A stretch of DNA of 32,000 bases from an uncultured Clostridia bacterium (GTDB lineage Bacteria > Bacillota > Clostridia > TANB77 > CAG-508), in the NCBI GenBank assembly GCA_944387565.1, contig CALXFJ010000001.1:1-32000 (forward strand), written 5' to 3'. The notes under the pieces were generated by a model that was given only the letters and a program-made list of their open reading frames with translations, was not told the DNA's origin and did no database searches. Positions 26,654-32,000 of this stretch are shown one piece after another; the first letter of the stretch is position 1, and each line of letters begins with the position of its first letter. A program made the translations under genes and the position numbers.

Positions 26654-26788
26654 ATGCTTTATTCATTGAATCCAGAAGAAAATTTAAAAGTAGTTGCAAT
26701 AATGATTTTACTTATACCTTTTGCAATATTGATTGATTACATTGTTAAAAAGATAAAAGAGGAAAAGGAGAAGAAAAAAAGGGACTAA
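26654..26788 (+). CDS. 44-aa single-TM peptide with highly charged tail
   Basis: Not in the ORF track (under 60 aa). AAGGGG RBS. MLYSLNPEENLKVVAIMILLIPFAILIDYIVKKIKEEKEKKKRD*. Confidence 0.4.
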   Translation: MLYSLNPEENLKVVAIMILLIPFAILIDYIVKKIKEEKEKKKRD

Positions 26789-26794
26789 TTCCCT

Positions 26795-26959
26795 TTATTC
26801 TTCCATATTATCAGTAGAGTATTTAATCATTGCACATACAACCTCATTTAATGATTTTTTACTCTCTTTTGCTATTTTTTCTATAATATGAAAATCTGTT
26901 TCCTCTACTCTTATTGTCATTGGTACTTTTGACGTACCTTTTGGCATTTTAAAACCCAT
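26795..26959 (-). CDS. ribbon-helix-helix (Arc/CopG-like) protein
   Basis: Not in the ORF track (54 aa). AGGTGG RBS. MGFKMPKGTSKVPMTIRVEETDFHIIEKIAKESKKSLNEVVCAMIKYSTDNMEE*, with a beta-strand then two helices. Hairpin AAGGGA-CTAA-TTCCCTT is shared with the 44-aa gene. Confidence 0.5.
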   Translation of the reverse strand: MGFKMPKGTSKVPMTIRVEETDFHIIEKIAKESKKSLNEVVCAMIKYSTDNMEE

Positions 26960-27240
26960 TATATGCACCACCTATCACAAATAAAATGTTTCTATTTTTA
27001 AATTATTTTATAATTTATTGAGAAAATAGTATATTTTATTTTTGTTTCATATTTTGCATTAAAAAGTGTTGCGAAAAATAAAACGTTATGATAGAATCTA
27101 GTCGAAAAATAGAAAGACAGTAGGTAATATGTCAATAGAAAAATAAAAAATTTTTCAAATATTTTTTTGGAAAACATTAAAAAATAGACACACTTAATAA
27201 AACATGCAAAAAATGCACATTGGAATGGTAAAATATGTAA

Positions 27241-28518
27241 TTAGTTTGAGCGATTATCTAATTTGGTTGCAGAGTAAAGTTGATTATGGTGTAGCAAACC
27301 AAAAATTAACCTTACTAGTTTTCGAGCAGAAAGTGCTAAGGCACGCTTATGTGCACCACGGCTCACTTCATTGTATTTGCGAGTATAAAAATCATTAAAT
27401 TCTTTAGAATGGTTTTTAACAGAAGAAACAGCTTCAATTAAATAGTAGCGTAGATATTTGTTTCCTGTCTTAGTCATTCTAGTAGTTTCAGCTTCAAAGT
27501 AACCCGATTGGGTTTTACGCCAAGTTAAACCAGCATATTTAGCTAGAGCATTGTTGTCTTTGAAAAAGTTAATAGAACCAATTTCAGAGATAATGCCAGC
27601 AGCATATACATCACCAATTCCAGGGATTGACTTAAGAATGGTAAATTCATTGTCACAAAGACCTTTAACATTCTTCTCAATAGCTTTATCAATAACTTTA
27701 AGATTATCTTCTAAAGCATTAATAGTATTGAAAGATGAAGAGATAGCAACGTTAATAGGGTCATAAGCAACTTTGTCTAATCTGTAAGAATCACGAGCAA
27801 TTTTCTTAAGAAGTTTAACATTTTCTTGAGGATTAGAAAAACGAGATTTACCTTTCTCCATAATGAAATTAATCATATCTTCATCAGACATATTAACAAT
27901 ATCATCAGGAGTAAAGTCAGCAATAATGGATTTAGATGTATTACCAAATAAATTGCTAAAAGGTTCGTCCTCTTTTTTTGCAATATAAAGAGAACTGAAC
28001 TTTAGATAAATATTGCTCATCATGTAAGCTTTTTCTCTCATAATAGTTTTAACTAAATGAAAACGTTGACGAGTTAAGCGCTGAAGAGCAAACAGTTGAG
28101 ATGCCTTGTATGGTTGTTGGTTTATTCGACCACAACGAGCCATATCAGCTAAAACAAAAGCGTCTTGAGGATCAGTTTTATCCATATCAGAATAAGTTTT
28201 TCTAAAATTGCTAGATTCTTTAGGGTTAATAACAAACACTTTAGAATTAAAATTAAAAAGTGAATTGTTAGAAGCTAAAAAGTTAGCAATATGAAAGCTA
28301 AAAACATTAGTAGATTCCAAGACCATAGTAACATATTTTAAGTCATTTTCTTGAAGAGCATTAAAGATTCTTTCAACAGCGATTACGCTACCAGGTAAGT
28401 CGTTAGTTATAGAAAAATCTAAAATATGTTTACCTTCAAAATTAATGGCACAAAAATAGTTACTGGCAGAGCTAACATCAATGCCTACAAACAAAGTAGA
28501 TAAAACATCTTTATTCAT
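27241..28518 (-). CDS. IS110-family DEDD transposase/recombinase
   Basis: 425 aa. N-terminal RuvC-like DEDD (FVGIDVSS..., VLESTN). C-terminal Transposase_20 region (LKSIPGIGDVYAAGIISEIG...AKYAGLTWRKTQSG...TKTGNKYLRYYL). Confidence 0.9.
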   Translation of the reverse strand: MNKDVLSTLFVGIDVSSASNYFCAINFEGKHILDFSITNDLPGSVIAVERIFNALQENDLKYVTMVLESTNVFSFHIANFLASNNSLFNFNSKVFVINPKESSNFRKTYSDMDKTDPQDAFVLADMARCGRINQQPYKASQLFALQRLTRQRFHLVKTIMREKAYMMSNIYLKFSSLYIAKKEDEPFSNLFGNTSKSIIADFTPDDIVNMSDEDMINFIMEKGKSRFSNPQENVKLLKKIARDSYRLDKVAYDPINVAISSSFNTINALEDNLKVIDKAIEKNVKGLCDNEFTILKSIPGIGDVYAAGIISEIGSINFFKDNNALAKYAGLTWRKTQSGYFEAETTRMTKTGNKYLRYYLIEAVSSVKNHSKEFNDFYTRKYNEVSRGAHKRALALSARKLVRLIFGLLHHNQLYSATKLDNRSN

Positions 28519-28775
28519 AGAATCACCACCTTTCTTGATAGAATAAAGATAAAATAAGGACTATTCCTTAGCAATTAAAAATAAAATCAACCTCGCATAT
28601 AAGCATTCATTCAAATATTGTTAACGTCATTGCTACCTTGACCAATATTTGAAGATGCAGCAGTTGGTAAGAAAATAATTTTTAATGCAAGGCTTCACTC
28701 TTTATAAGCAATACCATAAGGTTTGCAGGGGAAAATAAAGTTTGCCTTATATAATATCTAAAAATATTATACTAA
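28519..28775 (-). ncRNA. candidate IS110 bridge (guide) RNA in the 5' non-coding end
   Basis: Minus-strand -10 TATAAT near 28768-28773. Contains an 11-bp perfect stem TTCAAATATTG/CAATATTTGAA with a 22-nt loop (about 28606-28649), a direct GCAAAC repeat, and no ORF. Confidence 0.35.
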
Positions 28776-28875
28776 AAAATAGTCCAATTAGAAAGGTTAT
28801 AAAAAATATAAAATATGTTTATAAAATTCATATTAAATAAACCTTATAAACATATTATACGAGGTGGAAAAGCAA

Positions 28876-29796
28876 ATGAAAAAGAAAATATTTATAGTTT
28901 TTATTATTATCTTTACAATATTTTTAATAGGGGCATTTAATAACAATTCATATGCTTATACAGATTTATCATCTGGTGAAGTAACGATTGAGGAAATACC
29001 AGACCAAACATATACAGGCAGACCAATAAAACCTAAAATTAGGGTTAAGCACGGTGGAAGTTACTTAACAGAAAATAGAGATTATGCTATTAGAGGTTAC
29101 TTCCAAAACATAAATACTGGGGTTGGAATGGTAGAAATACAGGGTATAGGAAATGATTACAGAGGAACTTTATCTGAAAGTTTTAGAATAAATCCAAAAG
29201 ATATATCATCTTGTTCAATCACTATAAATCCTTATGATTCCACTTATACTGGTAGTCCAATTGAACCAGATATTACAGTAATGGACGGAGGACAAATAAT
29301 TGATAGTGGTTCTCAAACTTATACTATTTCATATAGTGATAATATAAATGTAGGAACGGCGACAGTAACAATAAGAGGTATGGGAAATTATACAGGTTTC
29401 AATAGTGCAACATATTCTATTACCGCTAAACCTATTGATGATAATGAAAATCCTCCAGATGAAAAACCAACAACACCAGATGAAAACCCAGAGAATCCAT
29501 CAGATGAAGAGAATCCAACGACACCAGATGAAAATCCGTCAGATGGAGAAAATTCATCAATAATAGATAATAATTCAAACACTTCATCAGAAGATTTTCA
29601 AAACATAACAACAAATACAAGTTCTAATAATAAAAGCAACAATTCTATTTCAAATAATATAAAAGATAATACTGTATCAAAAACTATTCTACCAAAAGCA
29701 GGTTTAAAGCATGGAATAATTGCAATATCAATTTTAGTATTAGTTATAAGTATAATCTTTTATAAAAGATATACATATTTTAAAGATATAAAATAG
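28876..29796 (+). CDS. sortase-anchored surface protein with two Ig-like repeats and a Pro/Asp/Glu/Asn linker
   Basis: ATG at 28876 after GAGGTGG. Signal peptide KKKIFIVFIIIFTIFLIGAF. Two YTG.PI.P.I.V...G-type repeats. Linker (T)TPDENP is present three times. LPKAG motif, TM and a basic tail (YKRY). Confidence 0.75.
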   Translation: MKKKIFIVFIIIFTIFLIGAFNNNSYAYTDLSSGEVTIEEIPDQTYTGRPIKPKIRVKHGGSYLTENRDYAIRGYFQNINTGVGMVEIQGIGNDYRGTLSESFRINPKDISSCSITINPYDSTYTGSPIEPDITVMDGGQIIDSGSQTYTISYSDNINVGTATVTIRGMGNYTGFNSATYSITAKPIDDNENPPDEKPTTPDENPENPSDEENPTTPDENPSDGENSSIIDNNSNTSSEDFQNITTNTSSNNKSNNSISNNIKDNTVSKTILPKAGLKHGIIAISILVLVISIIFYKRYTYFKDIK

Positions 29797-29834
29797 GATT
29801 CTAACAAGCAATAAAAAATATTGCTTGTTTTATT

Positions 29835-30017
29835 TTATACCCCTAAAAAGGAAAGTACGTCATTCTCTGTTTTAAAATCAAATCCAGCAGACTCATAATA
29901 TTGAGTGATTGCCTCTATTTTATCGTCTAGTGTTTCAAATTCTTTTTCATATCCTTTATAAATATTTTTAAAAATATTGTTTATTCTTTCTATTTGTATA
30001 TTAGTTAAATTATTCAT
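29835..30017 (-). CDS. hypothetical small protein (paralog of 30089..30430)
   Basis: Start MNNLTN at 30017 after AAAGGTGG. LTNIQIERINNIFKNIYK and KIEAITQYYESAGFDF align with the 113-aa neighbour. Confidence 0.45.
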   Translation of the reverse strand: MNNLTNIQIERINNIFKNIYKGYEKEFETLDDKIEAITQYYESAGFDFKTENDVLSFLGV

Positions 30018-30088
30018 AATAAAACCACCTTTCAAATTTCTTTGTACTTATTTCGCTCATAAATGGGTCAAATTCCTATTTTTATCAT

Positions 30089-30430
30089 TTAGTTATAAAC
30101 ATACCTATTAAAACGATTTCTTTTCTTATTTCGCCAACTAGAATCATAATAATTAAAAATCAATACATTTCTATTTTCTATCAATTCGTGAATATCATTA
30201 AAAACGAATCCACAAGCCTTATATAATAACTCTAATGCTTGAATTTTATGTTCTATTTCAAAGGCACTATTAAATAAAGCATTTATTTTTTCGGCACTTT
30301 CGCCATTAAGTGCAAAATCAATATACAAACTAGAATCACATTCAAGCAATAGATTTTTTTTGTCCTCTATTTTGAAAATGCTATTAAATAGCATATCTAT
30401 TATTTCTATTTCATAATTTGTCAAATCCAT
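30089..30430 (-). CDS. hypothetical small protein
   Basis: 113 aa. LTNYEIEIIDMLFNSIFK ... KIQALELLYKACGFVF. Basic C-terminal tail. Confidence 0.5.
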   Translation of the reverse strand: MDLTNYEIEIIDMLFNSIFKIEDKKNLLLECDSSLYIDFALNGESAEKINALFNSAFEIEHKIQALELLYKACGFVFNDIHELIENRNVLIFNYYDSSWRNKKRNRFNRYVYN

Positions 30431-30440
30431 AATTAACCCC

Positions 30441-30794
30441 CTATTTTGCTTGTTCTAATAAAGCTAGTATTTGTGGTAGTACACATTGTCTTATTTGATT
30501 ACCATTTTTAAAGTATTTTATCATTATAAATTCTTTGATTTTTAGTAAATGTTCTTTATGTATAACATATTTACCATCCTTGTAACAATCTATATACATT
30601 TTTGTAAACCTTTCCATTGTATAATCATTACTTGGTCTAACGTCATATTCAATCTCCATATCTAAATCTAATAATAAAAATGGTGTAATACTTTCAAATT
30701 CTTCCAATGTTAACTTCATTTCTTTCATTTCTCCATTATAAGTAGGAATCCCCAAAATTAACTCATTTCTTTCATTTACTTTTACATTTTTCAT
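30441..30794 (-). CDS. hypothetical protein
   Basis: Start MKNVKV at 30794 after AAAGGTGG. 117 aa, no motif recognised. Confidence 0.5.
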   Translation of the reverse strand: MKNVKVNERNELILGIPTYNGEMKEMKLTLEEFESITPFLLLDLDMEIEYDVRPSNDYTMERFTKMYIDCYKDGKYVIHKEHLLKIKEFIMIKYFKNGNQIRQCVLPQILALLEQAK

Positions 30795-30846
30795 AATAAA
30801 AACCACCTTTCAAAATTTATTTTTTTCTTATCTCTTTGTTGAACTT

Positions 30847-30875
30847 ATTATACTATCTTTAAGACTAAATTTCAA
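30847..30875 (-). promoter_or_regulatory. consensus promoter for the 30794->30089 operon
   Basis: On the minus strand: TTGAAA (30870-30875), 17-nt spacer, TATAAT (30847-30852). Confidence 0.55.
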
Positions 30876-31129
30876 ATTTGGTATGTCTTGTATTGCTACA
30901 ACCACAAGACTTACAGACGATTTTTTAAATGTGATGTGCGTGCTTTTTGCGGTCTTGATTTTTCAAAAAATACGTTTTGAAAGCCTTGTTACACAAGGGA
31001 TTCAAGACCTAAAAAAATTTTTTAAAAAAATTTAAAAAATTTCTATTTTTATGCGGTTTTACTTTTTTGGGAAAGAAGCGGTTAGTAAAAGTTAACCATC
31101 GCAAACGTTGAATAAAAATTGTAAAACTA

Positions 31130-31159
31130 TTGACAAAGTTAATATGTTAGTAGTATAAT
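31130..31159 (+). promoter_or_regulatory. promoter of the element-borne tRNA-Lys
   Basis: TTGACA (31130-31135), 18-nt spacer, TATAAT (31154-31159). Confidence 0.55.
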
Positions 31160-31174
31160 AAAAATCGTCGAAAC

Positions 31175-31250
31175 GGGCTATTAGCTTAGTTGGTAAAGCA
31201 ATCGACTCTTAATCGAAAGACCCCCAGTTCGAGTCTGGGATAGCCCACCA
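31175..31250 (+). tRNA. tRNA-Lys (anticodon CUU), complete, carried inside the integrative element
   Basis: 76 nt. Acceptor GGGCTAT/ATAGCCC, D-arm GCTT/AAGC, anticodon arm ATCGA-CTCTTAA-TCGAA, T-arm CCCAG-TTCGAGT-CTGGG, encoded CCA. The sequence differs from the split host gene. Confidence 0.9.
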
Positions 31251-31255
31251 ATAGG

Positions 31256-31290
31256 CACTTTCAAGACTTTTTGAAAGTGTTTATTTTTTT
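31256..31290 (+). terminator. intrinsic terminator of the element-borne tRNA
   Basis: CACTTTCAA-GACTTT-TTGAAAGTG followed by a T-rich run. Confidence 0.7.
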
Positions 31291-31488
31291 GAACTTGACA
31301 AAAGCGGTATGATTCTCTTATAATAAGGTCTAGATTGAATTATACAATTACTAAAAAGTGAAAAAATAAAAAAGGGGAAATCATACGTTGCCTTTCATTA
31401 GATTTATTTATCAGTAAAAAGCGAACCGGTGCAAACCGTTGCAAGAGTAAGAGAAAAGACCAAAGACGTTGATTTTATTAGTCCGTAT

Positions 31489-31535
31489 GACTCTTAATCT
31501 GATGGTCGGAGGTTCGATCCCTCTATGGCGCACCA
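31489..31535 (+). pseudogene. 3' part of the split tRNA-Lys(CUU): 11-bp repeat plus anticodon stem 3' strand, variable loop, T-arm, acceptor 3' strand, CCA
   Basis: GACTCTTAATC-TGATGGTCGGAGGTTCGATCCCTCTATGGCGCACCA. ATGGCGC pairs with GCGCCAT at 21415-21421. Confidence 0.9.
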
Positions 31536-31565
31536 TAAAGCAGTTATTTTATATAAAGTGAAAAA

Positions 31566-31594
31566 AGTATGTGGCTTAAAATCACATACTTTTT
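31566..31594 (+). terminator. intrinsic terminator of the original tRNA-Lys gene
   Basis: AGTATGTG-GCTTAAAAT-CACATACT followed by TTTT. Confidence 0.65.
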
Positions 31595-31712
31595 ATAAAA
31601 TATAATAATATTTATATAGAAATGAAAAATTTAAAAAGGAAAGAGTAAAAATATTGACAAAAAGCCCGAAAAATACTAAAATAATAGTGTTGGAGAGAAA
31701 GAAAAAGGGGTG

Positions 31713-32000
31713 ATGGATTTGCTAAGAATATATTACACTGATATGGAAACAAATGAATTCCAAGAAATTAAAGAATTTAAAAGAGGAGCCTGGATTAATT
31801 TAGTAAACCCATCGGAAAGTGAAATTCGTAAAGTATGTGAAAGTGTAAATATAGAAGAAGAATTTATAAGAGATGCATTGGACTTTGAAGAAAAAGCCAG
31901 AATTGATGAAGAGGAAGATGATAATACCAAATTATTTGTTGTAGATGTACCGATAATTGAAAAAGGAGAAGAAGGAGAAGCGGTATATAATACAATGCCA
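31713..32000 (+). CDS. corA: CorA-family magnesium/cobalt transporter, N-terminal part (runs off the window)
   Basis: Open frame from ATG 31713 after AAAGGGG, absent from the ORF track because it has no stop. MDLLRIYYTDMETNEFQEIKEFKRGAWINLVNPSESEIRKVCESVNIEEEFIRDALDFEEKARIDEEEDD...VVDVPI. Promoter is TTGACA (31654-31659), 17-nt spacer, TAAAAT. Confidence 0.7.
   Translation, partial: MDLLRIYYTDMETNEFQEIKEFKRGAWINLVNPSESEIRKVCESVNIEEEFIRDALDFEEKARIDEEEDDNTKLFVVDVPIIEKGEEGEAVYNTMP

Larger units (their letters stand above)
27150..28800 (-). mobile_element. IS110-family insertion sequence (ends approximate)
   Basis: Transposase gene plus ~280 bp of structured 5' non-coding DNA. No terminal inverted repeats seen, as expected for this family. 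Boundaries were not determined. Confidence 0.6.
21455..31499 (+). mobile_element. 10,045-bp tyrosine-integrase integrative element inserted in the tRNA-Lys(CUU) anticodon loop
   Basis: The tRNA halves lie at 21415-21454 and 31500-31535. An 11-bp direct repeat GACTCTTAATC sits at 21444-21454 and 31489-31499. The integrase gene is 197 bp from the left junction, and arm-type repeats lie near both ends. Confidence 0.85.

Noticed and set aside
29452-29550. Tandem DNA repeat as a non-coding VNTR
   Set aside because: It lies in frame inside the surface-protein gene and encodes the TPDENP linker, so it is reported only as a possible length-variable coding repeat.
21415-31535. Split tRNA expressed as two halves and joined in trans (Nanoarchaeum-style)
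   Set aside because: The only complementarity between the 5'-half trailer and the 3'-half leader is the 6-bp core inverted repeat (UCAUAC/GUAUGA), which the recombinase core site already explains. The integrase, the 11-bp direct repeat and the arm sites give a simpler insertion explanation.
31600-31712. Mg-sensing (M-box) riboswitch upstream of corA
   Set aside because: The leader between the promoter (-10 ends ~31682) and the ATG is only ~30 nt, too short for an M-box. No conserved M-box helices are seen.
31733-31930. 65-aa minus-strand ORF at the window end
   Set aside because: It is antisense to the open CorA N-terminal frame, and its Ser-rich low-complexity translation is not convincing.
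1-32000. Alternative genetic code (TGA read as Trp, Mollicutes-like) as the cause of the broken ORFs
   Set aside because: The disruptions are frame changes or a TAA, not in-frame TGA codons. TGG encodes Trp in conserved contexts such as GLUG (EDWEP). TGA ends 23990..24283 at a sensible position just before a terminator hairpin.

Overview
Very AT-rich, Firmicutes/Clostridia-like chromosomal segment; the taxon cannot be fixed from the sequence alone and GC was not computed. Core genes are gyrA (with its own promoter), a DUF1858 gene, a tRNA-Lys(UUU)/Glu/Thr cluster, an SDR reductase, a VanW/G5 wall protein and the start of corA. The rest is accessory DNA. (1) An AbiEii toxin remnant lies upstream of gyrA. 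(2) A minus-strand block (3045-8611) has a type-IV-secretion-like remnant (T4CP, VirB2-like, VirB6-like, PrgI-like, no VirB4 or relaxase) running straight into DnaD/DnaC-type replication genes. Both the T4CP and the loader are frameshifted. (3) A 3.7-kb integrase-less islet is bounded by tRNA-Thr and a 100-bp direct copy of its 3' half plus flank, and is built from nested duplicated modules. (4) Next is a patch of broken secreted/membrane protein genes and an XRE-controlled pilin-leader GLUG-repeat protein. (5) A 10,045-bp tyrosine-integrase element sits inside the anticodon loop of a tRNA-Lys(CUU) gene. It does not regenerate the tRNA but carries its own complete tRNA-Lys(CUU). Its cargo is a translationally coupled 3-gene HicAB-like operon, IS91-like and IS110-family transposases, a sortase-anchored surface protein and small paralogous proteins. 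The split tRNA with element-borne replacement, and its fully reconstructable att architecture, is the strongest finding. All product calls rest on motif recognition by eye; no database search was run.
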